This document shows, piece after piece, positions 1 through 12,074 of a DNA stretch of 64,000 nt. Under the pieces are notes generated by a model. That model saw only the letters and a list, made by a program, of their open reading frames with translations. It was not told the DNA's origin and did no database searches. The stretch lies in contig OZ024741.1 in NCBI GenBank assembly GCA_964016885.1, positions 37,076,001 through 37,140,000 of the forward strand, given 5' to 3'. The translations under genes were made by a program, and so were the position numbers. This DNA is from Eledone cirrhosa (lineage: Eukaryota). Position 1 is the first letter of the stretch, and each line of letters opens with the position of its first letter.

Positions 1-1452
1 GAAAGGGGCGGTGTGGATGGGGTGGGGGCGGTGCGACGGGGGGGAGGGGAGTATTTTGTTAGAGATGCCTACTGACTGTAGTAGGTTTTACTTTGCATTT
101 AGGTAAGGCGGGTCTTCTCTATTACTGAATACCGCCAATGGTCTCGGTCCAGTGACATTGTCTTGGAGAGGTGTAAGTGTGTGAGGTCGGAATTTATCAG
201 CTCGTCCCAGGTTTTCCTGGGTCTGCCTACTCCGTGGCTACCGTTTATTTTTATCACCCTGCACTTTTTTATACAGCTGTCGTCTTTCATGCGCATCACG
301 TGACCGTACCAACGTAGTCTTCTCTTGAGTAAACAACATCTGATCCCTCTTATTCCTAATTTCTCCCTTAGTTCATTTATGCTTTCACGTATATTACTAT
401 TACACACCCAGCGGAGCATGCAAGCTTTGTTCCTCTCCAGTTTGCATATATCCTCTGCACATAATGCCCAAGTCTCACTGCCATGTAACATTGCAGTTCG
501 TATGCAGGCATCATACAGCCTGCCTTTCATTTTTAGAGAGAACCCTTTAGCGGCCAATAGTGGTATAAGCTCTCTGAACTTTTTCCATCCCGTTCTGACT
601 CTAGCTACTGTACTTTCAGAGCACTCTCCACCACTGCTGATTTTGTCACCCAGGTAACTGAAGGTGTCCACTATTTCTATAGAACCATCTGTGCAATGGA
701 ATGAGCTAGTATTCTGTGGGCACTTGCTGCTACTTATTGCACCAGAGCACCGGCCACATATAAAATCTATATTCTTAGTTAGCTTACCTGTGATCCCACT
801 ACATCTTTTATGCACCCATACTTTGCATTTGGGACATCAAATGCAGTTTCTGCCTACTCCTTTCCTACACACTGAGCATGGCCATTTCCCAGATGGGACT
901 GACGCCCTATTTTCCTTCCTACAAACTAGAACTTTAGTCTTAGACAGGTTAATTTTAAGGCCTTTTGATTCTAGGCCATGCTTCCATGTTTGGAATTTCT
1001 TCTCTAGTTCGGCCATTGATTCAGCTATGAGCGTTAGATCATCTGCGTATAGGAGTTCCCATGGGCAGCTGGTCTTGAACTCCTCTGTTATAGCCTGAAG
1101 GGCAATAATAAATAGGAGGGGGCTAAGGACGGAGCCCTGATGAACACTAACTTTTACGCTAAACTCTTCACTATATTCGTTGTTAATTCTAACCTTGCTG
1201 ACTGTTTCTTTATACATGGCTTGTATAGCTCTCACAAGCCATTCATCAACACCTAGTTTTCTAAGAGCCCACCAGATAATGGAGCGGGGGACTCTGTCAA
1301 AGGCTTTCTCCAAGTCAACAAAAGCTAAGTATAGGGGTTTACTTTTAGCTAGGTACTTCTCCTGTAGTTGTTGTACAATGAAAAGAGCGTCTGTGGTACT
1401 TTTACCTGACACAAACCTGAACTGCATTTCATCTAGATCAATTCTCTCTCTG
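1..1452 (-). mobile_element. 5'-truncated RTE-clade LINE (family A), RT to C-terminus, frameshifted near 837; 3' UTR runs off the window start
   Basis: ORFs 837..1452 ([25 protein letters not shown]) and 99..815 ([21 protein letters not shown]) are nearly identical to the ORF at 2348..5458; the 5' end abuts the (ATG)n tail of the next element. Confidence 0.93.
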
Positions 1453-1940
1453 ATCATCATCATCATCATCATCATCATCACTGTTTTACGTCCGTTCTTC
1501 CATGCTAGCATGGGTTAGACGGGTTGTCCTGTTGTGGGCAGTGTCTGGTCGGCTGACCATGCCTTGCTCATACAGGAACTGATTTGGCTTGATTTCTACA
1601 GCTGGATGCCCTTCCTAACACCAACCTCATTTACAGTGAGTGCTGGGTGCTTTTTCGTGGCGCCTACACGTCCACTTTACAGTGTGGGCTGGGTGCTTTT
1701 TTGCTGTGGCACCTCCACGACCACCTTGCGGTGGGGGGTGTGGGGGCATATTGTCTATATGCTTCAGCTTGTACCCATGGGAGGTTGGGTACTCTGTATT
1801 ACTGCGTGACACCTGAGGTCACGGTCGTGTGTCATTCATTGCCTTTGAGAGGTGTAGTTGGGTAAGGTCGGCTTTTATCACCTCATTCCAGGTCATCTTG
1901 GGTCTCCCCACTCCGCGGTTTCCATCGACTTCTAGTGCTC
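1453..1940 (-). mobile_element. 3' fragment of a second RTE family (family B): ORF end, structured 3' UTR and (ATG)n tail
   Basis: Minus strand encodes an RTE C-terminus (RPKMTWNEVIKADL); the UTR contains GGAAGGGCATCCAGCTGTAGAAA, the CCATGCTAGCATGG hairpin and a (TGA)n tail; same family as 45063-45665. Confidence 0.85.
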
Positions 1941-1947
1941 TATATAT

Positions 1948-4900
1948 ATCATCATCATCATCATCATCAACGTTTAACGTCCGTGTTCCACGCTTGCATG
2001 GGTTTGGACAGGGGTAGTCCCACTTGAGGCAAGAGTGGTTGTCTTGCTCGCATAGGACTGTCTGGCAGGTTTTCTACAGTTGGATGCCCTTCCTAACACC
2101 AACCACATTTACAGTGTGGGTCTGGGAGGTTTTTACCGTGTTGCCTACACGGCCACATTACAGCGTGGACTGTGTGTTTTTTTTGTCGTGACACCTACAC
2201 GATCTCATTTGTTTCGGCCTGGATGGCGCGGCACCAACATAACTTTACATAGAACGGGGTGGTGTGGATGGGGTGGGGGTGGTGGTGGTGGGACGGGGTG
2301 TATTTTGTTAGAGATGCCTACTGGCTGGAGTAGGTTTTACTATATATTTAGGTAAGGCGGGTCTTCTCTGTTACTGAGTACCGCCAAAGGTCTCGGTCCA
2401 GTGACATTGTCTTGGAGAGGTGTAAGTGTGTGACGTCAGAGTTTATCAGCTCGTCCCAGGTTTTTCTAGGTCTGCCTATTCCGTGACTACCGTCTATCTT
2501 TATTGCCCTGCACTTTGTTATACAGCTAGCGACTTTCATGCACATCACGTGTCCATACCAACGTAGCCTTCTCTCGAGTAAACAACATCTGATCCCTCTT
2601 ATCTCTAATTTTTTCCTTAGTTCGTTTATGCTTTGCCGTTCACGTATATTACTGTTACACATCCAGTGGAGCATGCAAGCTTCGTTCCTCTCTAGTCTGC
2701 GTATATCCTCTGCACACAATGCCCAGGTCTCACTGCCATGCAGCATTGCTGTTCGTATGCAGGCATCGTACAACCTGCCTTTCATTTTTAGGGAGAACCC
2801 TTTAGCAGCTAATAGTGGTATAAGCTCTCTGAACTTTTTCCAACCAGTTCTGACTCTAGCTACAGTACTTTCAGAGCACTCTCCCCCACTGCTGATTTTA
2901 TCGCCCAGGTAACGGAAGCTGTCCACTATTTCTATAGAACCCTCTGCGCAATTGAAAGAGCTAGTATTTTGTGGGCACTTGCTGCTACTTATTGCACCAG
3001 AACACCGGCCACATGTAAAATCTATGTTCTTAGTTAGCTTACCTGTGATCCCACTACATCTTTTATGCACCCATACTTTGCATTTAGGACATAAAATGGA
3101 GTTTCTACCTACGCCTTTCCTACACACCGAGCACGACCATTTCCCAGAAGGGACCGCCGCCTTGTTTTCTTTCCTACAAACTAGAACTTTGGTCTTAGTC
3201 AGGTTAATTTTAAGTCCTTTTGACTCTCGGCCGTGCTTCCATGTTTGGAATTTCTTCTCTAGCTCGGCCATTGATTCCGCTATGAGTGTCAGGTCGTCTG
3301 CGTATAGGAGTTCCCATGGGCAGCCTCTCTTGAACTCCTCTGTTATAGCCTGAAGGGCAATAATAAATAGTAGGGGGCTGAGAACAGAGCCCTGATGGAC
3401 GCCAACTTTTACGCTAAACTCTTCACTATATTCGTTGTTAATTCTAACCTTGCTGACCGTTTCTTTATACATGGCTTGTATAGCCCTCACAAGCCATTCG
3501 TCAACGCCTAGTTTTCTAAGAGCCCACCAGATAATGGAGCGGGGGACTCTGTCGAAGGCTTTCTCCAAGTCGACAAAAGCTAAGTAGAGGGGTTTACCTT
3601 TAGCTAGGTACTTCTCCTGTAGTTGTCGTACTATGAAAAGAGCGTCTGTGGTACTTTTGCCTGACACAAACCCGAACTGCATTTCATCTAGGTCAATTCT
3701 CTCTCTGATTAGTTGCGCTATTACTTTTTCCGTGACCTTCATGACTTGGTCGATTAATTTAATGCCTCTATAGTTACTCCTATCTAGGGCGTCTCCTTTA
3801 CCCTTATAACAGTTAACGATGATGCTGCTATGCCAGTCCTTCGGAACAACCCCATTCTGTACGACTTGGTTAACTATGCGGGTGACCATGGTGTGTCCCA
3901 CCGTGCCAGATGCCTTCAGCATCTCAGCAACTATTTCCGAAGGCCCAGCCGCCTTACCCGTCTTCATATCCTTGATTGCCTTACTTATTATACTCCCCTC
4001 GACTAACACTGCTGGTCCCTCTATTGGGTCGATATGGGGGAGACTGTCTTTCTCCCATTTATTCTCCTCATTTAGTAGCCTTTCATAGTGACACTTCCAA
4101 GCTACCTTCTTATCAGCGTCGGTGATGGCAAGTGTGCCATCGTCGTTTAGTACACACTTCTCCCCGACAATATCACGGTTTTCCTTGACGCATTGCCTAG
4201 CAATCCTGAACACCTCACGTTTTTGGTCATCGCGTTGTAGAACATGCTTGAACTTTCTTTCCTCAGCTTCCCTTCTTGCTAAGTACACTTGTCTCCTAGC
4301 TTCCCTCCTGGCCACTTGATAGTATTCTCTACTTCCCCCATCCCGCCATACTTTCCAAGCCTGCTTTTTGGCCTTAATTGACCCCTCCACCTTACTGTTC
4401 CACCACCATGTTACTCTCCTCCTGCCTACAGGCCTGCTCCAGCCACAGACTTCGTCTGTCGCCAACAGCAGGTTTGCTTTCAGAAATTCCCACTCTCCCT
4501 CTATATTGTCCGACTCTAAATGTTCTTCCTTACTGTCGAAAGCATCAAGTAATATGCTTTGAAATTTATTCCTGGCTGTGGGGTCCTTTAGCTTCCATAT
4601 TTTTCTCCTGAGGACAGTCCTCTTCTGCTGTCGAGTACGTCTCGTCCTGACAATGAGGTCGCTAATTATCAGTCTATGTTGGGAGGTGCATTCTTCATGG
4701 GGGAGGGATTTAGTGTTTACAACAGACACTCTGTCACGTCTTCTGGTAAGGATATAATCTACCTGGCTTGTGTGTTCCCCGGATCTATAGGTGATCAGGT
4801 GATTGTCACGTTTTTTGAAGTTAGTGTTACAGATAGTTAGGTTATTTGCATCACAGAATTCCAGGATTCTGGAGCCTTCCTCATTTCTAGTACCAAACCC

Positions 4901-5460
4901 ATAGCCTCCATGGATTTCGTCGTAGCCGTCACAATGTTGTCCAACGTGACCATTTAGGTCACCTGCAATAATTATATAGTCACTGTCGGATATTTGGGAG
5001 GTAGTTAGCATCAGTGTCTCATAGAATCTGTCTTTTATAGTGCCGGGCAGTCCGGATTGGGGTGCGTACGCAGATATTACTGTCACCGTAGTTCTATTGA
5101 GGACAAGTCGTATTTTAATTATTCTGTCGTTCACTCTATTTACATCTATTATCTTATCTGCCCACTTTTCTGCTACCATGATTCCTACTCCACCCAGCCC
5201 ATCGTCGTTTCCCACCCAGAAAAGCTTATAACATCGTTTTTTACCCTTAATGAATCTAGCAGACCCACCCCTCCACCTGGTCTCTTGAATACAACAAACA
5301 TCGACCTCCTTACGTTCAAGCATTTCTACAACCTCGTTAGCGCGACCCTTTAGGGTGCCTACATTTATGGTACCAACTCTGAAGTTTTGGATTGCGTTTG
5401 GGGGTTGGGGGCGGTGGGGGGCGGGGGGCGATGGGGTTATGTTAGCCGTCCGCGGTCGAA
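1948..5460 (-). mobile_element. Near-full-length RTE-clade LINE (family A) inserted in a (TA)n tract
   Basis: Uninterrupted APE+RT ORF, ~400-bp 3' UTR ending GGACGTTAAACG..(TGA)n; TA repeats on both flanks (1940-1948 and 5461-5612). Confidence 0.96.
2348..5458 (-). CDS. RTE ORF: apurinic-like endonuclease + reverse transcriptase + PHD-type zinc finger + C-terminal domain (~1036 aa)
   Basis: APE motifs TINVGTL, CIQETRW, SAYAPQ, GDLNGH, QVDYIL, SQHRLI; RT motifs [34 protein letters not shown]; CSVC..CPKC..HKRC..CGRC finger. The ORF-track N-terminal extension to 5740 reads through a microsatellite and is spurious. Confidence 0.93.
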   Translation of the reverse strand, partial: RPRTANITPSPPAPHRPQPPNAIQNFRVGTINVGTLKGRANEVVEMLERKEVDVCCIQETRWRGGSARFIKGKKRCYKLFWVGNDDGLGGVGIMVAEKWADKIIDVNRVNDRIIKIRLVLNRTTVTVISAYAPQSGLPGTIKDRFYETLMLTTSQISDSDYIIIAGDLNGHVGQHCDGYDEIHGGYGFGTRNEEGSRILEFCDANNLTICNTNFKKRDNHLITYRSGEHTSQVDYILTRRRDRVSVVNTKSLPHEECTSQHRLIISDLIVRTRRTRQQKRTVLRRKIWKLKDPTARNKFQSILLDAFDSKEEHLESDNIEGEWEFLKANLLLATDEVCGWSRPVGRRRVTWWWNSKVEGSIKAKKQAWKVWRDGGSREYYQVARREARRQVYLARREAEERKFKHVLQRDDQKREVFRIARQCVKENRDIVGEKCVLNDDGTLAITDADKKVAWKCHYERLLNEENKWEKDSLPHIDPIEGPAVLVEGSIISKAIKDMKTGKAAGPSEIVAEMLKASGTVGHTMVTRIVNQVVQNGVVPKDWHSSIIVNCYKGKGDALDRSNYRGIKLIDQVMKVTEKVIAQLIRERIDLDEMQFGFVSGKSTTDALFIVRQLQEKYLAKGKPLYLAFVDLEKAFDRVPRSIIWWALRKLGVDEWLVRAIQAMYKETVSKVRINNEYSEEFSVKVGVHQGSVLSPLLFIIALQAITEEFKRGCPWELLYADDLTLIAESMAELEKKFQTWKHGRESKGLKINLTKTKVLVCRKENKAAVPSGKWSCSVCRKGVGRNSILCPKCKVWVHKRCSGITGKLTKNIDFTCGRCSGAISSSKCPQNTSSFNCAEGSIEIVDSFRYLGDKISSGGECSESTVARVRTGWKKFRELIPLLAAKGFSLKMKGRLYDACIRTAMLHGSETWALCAEDIRRLERNEACMLHWMCNSNIRERQSINELRKKLEIRGIRCCLLERRLRWYGHVMCMKVASCITKCRAIKIDGSHGIGRPRKTWDELINSDVTHLHLSKTMSLDRDLWRYSVTEKTRLT

Positions 5461-5612
5461 ATATATATATATATATATATATAAATATATATGTATGTAT
5501 ATATATATGTATGTATATATGTATATATATATATATATATGTCTGTATATATGTGTGTATATGTACATATATATATATGTTTATGTATATATGTATATAT
5601 CTGTATATATAT
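5461..5612. repeat. (TA)n/(TG) microsatellite
   Basis: Direct inspection. Confidence 0.95.
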
Positions 5613-5953
5613 CCGACTTCCCACGGGTACAAGCTGAAGCCGAAGCATATAGATATTATGCCCCCTCCCCCTCCCACTGCAAAGTGGTCGTGGAGGTGCC
5701 ATGGCAAAAAAGCACCCAGCCCACACTGTAAAGTGGTCATATAGGCGCCACGGAAAAAAAGCCCCCGGCACTCACTGTAAATGAGGTTTGCGCTAGGAAG
5801 GGCATCCAGCTGTAGAAATCAGGCCAGAATCAGTTCCTGTATGAGCAAGACAAGGTCAGCCAACTGGACACTGCCCACAACAGGACAACCCATCTAACCC
5901 ATGCTAGCATGGAAGAACGGACGTAAAACGGTGATGATGATGATGATGATGAT
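5613..5953 (+). mobile_element. RTE family B 3' UTR/tail fragment
   Basis: Reverse complement of 1453-1790; ends ACCCATGCTAGCATGGAAGAACGGACGTAAAACGG(TGA)n; flanked by TA repeats. Confidence 0.85.
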
Positions 5954-6066
5954 AATATATATGTATATCTATACATATATATATATATATATAAATATGT
6001 ATATATATAATTCGTTTTTGAATTTGTTTTGCGAGATTTCTTATCTGTAAAAATGTGTTGAAACAG

Positions 6067-6679
6067 ATATTGTTATACTTTGGGGGTAGAGTCATGCTGC
6101 CAATAAAAACACACGCACCTGTTGGTTTTCACTTCAATTTATTATATATTTCCGGTTGGTTGGTTCGATAACCGGAAGGTTGTTTATATATTGTCAAAGC
6201 TGTTTCATCACACATTCTGTAACTTCCTCAGTGACTAGGTTTTTATTTTGTGTGTCTCTCTTTGTTTTTGTGTGTAGTCTGTTGTGTGCTTAGTTTGCGC
6301 ATGCGTAACAGCCATGTGTGTGTGTATGTTTTAATTTATTTATTTATGTGTTTATTTACTTGTCACTAGTTGGTTGTTTGTTCTGTCTATGTGTCTGATT
6401 TGTTTCGTTAGTTTGTTTTTTGTGTGTGTATGTCTTCATTTTGTCCTTAATTACTAGTTGTGATGTTGCTATTCCACTCGTGTTTTCTGTTTAATTTTGG
6501 TTGGAGCTCGTTTATATTTGTTGCCTCTGTAATTTGTCTGAGCATTGCATCTTTTCTCTGTGTGGATATAATTTTTATCTCTATGTTCTCTAATGCCCCC
6601 TATGATCTATTTTGAAGTGAAAACCAATAGGTGCGTGTGTTTTTATTGGCAACATGACCCCCCCAAAATATAACAATAT
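6067..6679 (-). mobile_element. 5'-truncated Penelope-like element with an inverted partial pseudo-LTR
   Basis: ~70-bp inverted repeats at 6067-6137 and 6611-6679; minus strand 6460-6600 encodes a GIY-YIG C-terminus-like peptide (IKIISTQRKDAMLRQITEATNINELQPKLNRKHEW); hammerhead-like motif at 6193-6235. Confidence 0.7.
6193..6235 (-). ncRNA. Minimal hammerhead ribozyme-like motif
   Basis: GTCA-CTGAGGA-agttacagaatgtgtgat-GAAA-cagc-TT-TGAC; the homolog at ~45763-45805 has a perfect stem II (GTCACA/TGTGAC) but TTGAGGA in place of CTGAGGA. Confidence 0.55.
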
Positions 6680-6714
6680 ATATATATAATGTGTTTGTTT
6701 GTACACGTATATGT

Positions 6715-7630
6715 ATGTTCCATGCTAGTATGGGTTAGACACAAGTCAGATCAGATGACCATGATTTTCTCATACAGAACTGTTTCTGGCTTGATTTCTA
6801 CGGCTGGATGCCCTTCCTAACACCAACCATATTTACAGTGTGGACTGGGTACTTTTTATTGTCGCACCAAAACGACCACATTACTGTGTGGACTGGGGGT
6901 TGGGGTGGGGGAGTTGCATGTAATGTATGTGGGCTGGGGACTGGAGAGATATGTCTAGTGTGGGGCACTTAGCTGTTGAAGGGTGAATAGTGAAATTGTT
7001 AAGACCTGGTTGAAGGGTGGAGTGTTCAGATGTGGAGGTGTATGAAAAGAGGAGGGGGAGTGTTGCATACTCTAGACCACTAGATGTATCCTTCAACCCG
7101 TGCACATGGGAAGGCAGGTCTTCTGCTGTACTGCATAATGTCAGAGATCACGATCCTGTGTCATTTGAGATGTGCAATTGTATGAGGTCAGTTTTTATTA
7201 GCTCATCCCAAATCTTCCTCTTCCATAGTTTCTAACAACTGTGGGTACACTGCACTTTTTATACAGCTGTCATCCTTCATACACCTCACATGTCCATACC
7301 ACCACAATCTCCTGTCCTGCACACTGCAACTGACCTCTCTTAAGCCCAGTTTCTCTCTCAGTTCATTTACACTTTTCTGTTCATGTGTATTACTATTACA
7401 CATGCAAGCTTCATTTCTTTCCAATCTTCCTACGTCCTCTACATGCAGTGCCCAGGTCTCACTAATATGCAGCATTGCTGTTTGTATACTCATCATACAA
7501 TCTGCCCTTCATTTTGAAGAAAAAATCCTTTAGTAGTTACCAGCAGTAGTAACTCCCTGGACTTTCTCCATTCCTTTATCACCCTGGCTACTGTACTTTC
7601 AGAACACCCACCCCCACTGCTAATTTGATC
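6715..7630 (-). mobile_element. Degenerate RTE 3' fragment with UTR/tail
   Basis: ORF 7203..7496 (TAMLHISETWAL, RLWWYGHV); tail motifs at 6715-6850. Confidence 0.8.
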
Positions 7631-7787
7631 TATGCAAATATATGTTTCTATGTATTTATATACAGTTAATAATTATACATAAGTAAATAAATGTATATAT
7701 ATATATATATATGATGAAGCAAGGATACTGCATTGAGCTTATATAATCTTTACCAGGATATATATTGGTAAACTCCAATATAACCCA

Positions 7788-7818
<31 letters not shown>

Positions 7819-7838
7819 TGTGTGTGTGTATATATGTG

Positions 7839-7869
<31 letters not shown>

Positions 7870-8278
7870 ATATATACACATATATATGTGTGTGTATAAT
7901 TACACACACATATAATGAATCTAATCTCGTAGAACGTATGGGGAAATTAGTTGAAAGTAATTTATATGTGATTTTTTTGTATGTGTGTACAAAGGGAGTG
8001 AATTAGTTATAAATAATAAAAAATTAAAAATGGATACCAAGAAAGATAACTCTGCATTGCTACTACCGAAATAACTGTTTAGACAACTAAATTTAAGATG
8101 AAGACTTTCAAAAATATTCTTAGCAATGTTATCTTTTAACCTTCCTTTTACTATAATTAGACTTTGTAGAATTAAATCATATTTATTCCAGGATATAAAA
8201 TATAGTTTGCAATCTCATAAATTCATGTTATTTTACACGTTTGATACCAAATTACCTGAAACTGCACATTTTAATTTA

Positions 8279-8463
8279 ATTGTTTCTACTTTTGGCACAA
8301 GGCCAGCAATTACCCAGTGCATTACTGGTACTTTATTTTATCGACCCCGTAAGGATGAAAGGCAAAGTCAACCTCGGCGGGATTTGAACTCAGATCGTTA
8401 AGGGACGTAACTATGCTGGAAAGCATGGCATCCGACCCTCTACAGATACTGCCAATCCACCGT
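8279..8463 (-). mobile_element. tRNA-derived SINE (type 1) inserted in a piggyBac-like MITE (~8232-8629)
   Basis: Minus strand GGTGGATTGGCAGTATC..GAGTTCAAATCCCGCC (A/B boxes), core GCCTTTCATCCTTACGGGGTCGATAAAATAAAGTACCAG; the host ends in AAAGGGTTAA at 8629 and resembles 62779-63046. Confidence 0.8.
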
Positions 8464-9771
8464 GCATATATTTATCTAAAACCCTTCTATTGTAATTTTA
8501 TCTTAGCACCTTTATTAATTTTTGTTTAAAAGATCAGCTTAATAATGAAATTATTAGTTATATCACTAAATCCCTCTAAAGTTTTGATTATTTTCAAATT
8601 TATTTAGGATTATGGTAGTGAAAGGGTTAAATATTATTAAATTTGATTTGTACAATATTTGTAACTTTTGTTGTTGTTGTTCTCTGACTTACATCACACT
8701 GATTTGGCAGATCTATATGATAAGTTACTATTAGTTGAATGCCTCTATATGAATCACATGATATCACAATGGAGTTATGCTCCCATCAGGATTGCCACTG
8801 CTGTTGCTCACACAATCATTCATGACACTATCACGAGAACAGCTACTCAACTAATTGTTATAAAATCACTCAGATGCATAATTCACATCCACTGGCTCAG
8901 ATATATTTTTGTTTCCTCTTTCTGCCTCTTCTATCACTGCTACAATAACTTCTATAACTGCTACAATAACTTCTCATAACTGGTTGACTGGCCTCATGCC
9001 TTTGCAACTCATACACACCTCACTCATTTGGCTCACCTCCTTTCATTACCCATGTTATGTTTAACCTTTCAGACGCAACACTAACCACTATATTTAGTCC
9101 TTTCTGTCCCAAACGTTAAACTTCTGTGTCTCCCATTTCTGCTCATGTTTTCCCCACAGGAGTTGGCTTGCAACACTTTAATCCTCTTGGCGGTGTCGGC
9201 AACATATGTTGCCAATAGAGTAATCTCCCCTCAATACATAATACAATGTCAAGGGAAGCAATTCATAAAAAAATTCAGCCACCTAAAGATTAAGCAGAAT
9301 AACAAAAACATTAATTTCATTAGACTCAGAGGGGTTGTGAAGACGACGGGCAGTGTCCCTTCCTCCAAACATATCAACTAAAAAGGAAAGAGAAAACCCT
9401 CACTTGTCACATTCTGATTCATATCACTCATGATGTTCATCATTTTGTCCTTTTGGTGGCAATGTTTTATGGTTGGATGCACTTCCTGGTGCCAGCCCTT
9501 TTAGTAGGAATACGGTGTACCTATTCTAAACTGTATACACACACATCAATTTAATCATGTAACATTTTATAAAACAATGTTATAAAGTTTTAAAAATCTA
9601 TTTATTATAGATTTTTTCCAGTCAGTGGTGTTCAAGACATTTTGAAGGAACTGGGTTGCTGAAAATGAAGTTCTTGTCATCGTTGGAGGTTTGCATTACT
9701 GAGGTATCAGATGATGCTTGTGAGGGTACTTGGCTGTTCCAGCACCTGAACCTTACTATCCCCTCATGGTA

Positions 9772-10449
9772 ATGCTGCCAGTGTGTTAACTTTCCTCAAA
9801 AAGTATTAGAGGGAGGCTCAGGCACTCCTTGGGATGCTGCCAGTGTGTTAACTTTCCTCAAAAAGTATTAGAGGGAGGCTCAGGCACTCCTTGGGATGCT
9901 GCCAGTGTGTTAACTTACCTCAAAAAGTATTAGAGGGAGGCTCAGGCACTCCTTGGGATGCTGCCAGTGTGTTAACTTACCTCAAAAAGTATTAGAGGGA
10001 GGCTCAGGCACTCCTTGGGATGCTGCCAGTGTGTTAACTTACCTCAAAAAGTATTAGAGGGAGGCTCAGGCACTCCTTGGGATGCTGCCAGTGTGTTAAC
10101 TTACCTCAAAAAGTATTAGAGGGAGGCTCAGGCACTCCTTGGGATGCTGCCAGTGTGTTAACTTTCCTCAAAAAGTATTAGAGGGAGGCTCAGGCACTCC
10201 TTGGGATGCTGCCAGTGTGTTAACTTTCCTCAAAAAGTATTAGAGGGAGGCTCAGGCACTCCTTGGGATGCTGCCAGTGTGTTAACTTACCTCAAAAAGT
10301 ATTAGAGGGAGGCTCAGGCACTCCTTGGGATGCTGCCAGTGTGTTAACTTACCTCAAAAAGTATTAGAGGGAGGCTCAGGCACTCCTTGGGATGCTGCCA
10401 GTGTGTTAACTTTCCTCAAAAAGTATTAGAGGGAGGCTCAGGCACTCCT
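9772..10449. repeat. 62-bp minisatellite, ~11 near-perfect copies
   Basis: Unit GATGCTGCCAGTGTGTTAACTT(T/A)CCTCAAAAAGTATTAGAGGGAGGCTCAGGCACTCCTTGG with one polymorphic site; no spacers. Confidence 0.97.
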
Positions 10450-10537
10450 CGTATGATTGATTGACACACTTAGCATTGACTTAATAGTTTCTTTCATTTT
10501 GATTCTATATTTTCATGTGAAATATATATATATATAA

Positions 10538-11827
10538 AACATGGAAGCACGGCCTAGAATCAAAAGGCCTTAAAATTAACCTGGCTAAGACTAAAGTTCT
10601 AGTTTGTAGGAAAGAAAATAAGGTGCCGGTCCCTTCCGGGAAATGGCCATGCTCAGTGTGTAGGAAAGGCATAGGTAGAAACTCCATTTTATGTCCCAAA
10701 TGCAAAGTATGGGTGCATAAAAGATGTAGTGGGATCACAGGTAAGCTAACTAAGAACATAGATTTTACATGTGGCCGGTGTTCTGGTGCAATAAGTAGCA
10801 GCAAGTGCCCACAAAATACTAGCTCTTTCAATTGCGCAGAGGGTTCTATAGAAATAGTGGACAGCTTCCGATACCTGGGTGACAAAATCAGCAGTGGGGG
10901 AGGGTGCTCTGAAAGTACAGTAGCTAGAGTCAGAACGGGATGGAAAAAGTTCAGAGAGCTTATACCACTATTGGCCGCTAAAGGGTTCTCCCTAAGAATG
11001 AAAGGCAGGTTGTACGATGCCTGCATACGAACAGCAATGCTGCATGGCAGTGAGACCTGGGCATTGTGTGCAGAGGATATACGCAGACTAGAGAGGAACG
11101 AAGCTTGCATGCTCCGCTGGATGTGTAACAGTAATATACGTGAACGGCAAAGCATAAACGAACTAAGCGAAAATTAGAAATAAGAGGGATCAGATGTTGT
11201 TTACTCGAGAGAAGGCTACGTTGGTATGGACACGTGATGCGCATGAAAGACGACAGCTGTATAACAAAGTGCAGGGCAATAAAGATAGATGGTAGCCACG
11301 GAGTAGGCAGACCCAGAAAAACCTGGGACGAGCTGATAAATTCCGACCTCACACGCTTACACCTCTCCAAGACAATGTCACTGGACCGAGACCTTTGGCG
11401 GTACTCAGTAATAGAGAAGACCCGCCTTACCTAAATGCAAAGTAAAACCTACTACAGTCAGTAGGCATCTCTAACAAAATACTCCCCCCCGTCCCACCAC
11501 CCCCACCCCATCCACACCGCCCCTTTCAATGTAAAGTTATGTTGGTACCACAACATCCAGGCCGAAACAAATGAGATCGTGTAGGTGTCACGACAAAAAA
11601 ACACACAGTCCACGCTGTAATGTGGCCGTGTAGGCAACACGGTAAAAACCTCCCAGCCCCACACTGTAAATGTGGTTGGTGTTAGGAAGGGCATCCAGCT
11701 GTAGAAAACCCGCCAGACAGTCCTATGTGAGCAAGACAACCACTCTTGCCTCAAGTGGGAAAACCCCCGTCTAAACCCATGCAAGCGTGGAACATGGACG
11801 TTAAACGATGATGATGATGATGATGAT
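10538..11827 (+). mobile_element. 5'-truncated RTE family A copy with complete 3' UTR and (GAT)n tail
   Basis: ORFs 10623..11177 and 11234..11434 (frameshift ~11170) match the family A C-terminus; the 5' end starts right after (AT)n. Confidence 0.93.
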
Positions 11828-12074
11828 GAAAACAAGGAGGATATGCTCCGAAATCAATAGACGTGTCCGAGGAACCTGCGAGGTTAGAGTCAGGTCGATC
11901 CACACACAGATCGCACCCCAAGCTGTTCGCCGGGGAAACAATTGTAACACACAATAAATTGAGTTCCGATGCATCACTGATTTTTCGTTTTCCATTCTAT
12001 AATACTCTGCTCCGTAGGAGCATAGAGTGCTCAACCGGCATACCTCCTATGGAAGCATCTTAGCTACCATTAGA

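Noticed and set aside
5459-5740. N-terminal extension of the 1130-aa ORF
   Set aside because: Reads through a TA microsatellite and the antisense of a different element's tail
9622-9662. Possible terminal coding exon (TTTTTTCCAG|..SGVQDILKELGC*)
   Set aside because: Too short, no partner exon or recognisable homology; cannot be supported without RNA data
9772-10449. CRISPR-like regular repeats (also 60019-61220 and 61228-61760)
   Set aside because: Units are contiguous with no unique spacers, there are no cas genes and the context is eukaryotic; these are minisatellites
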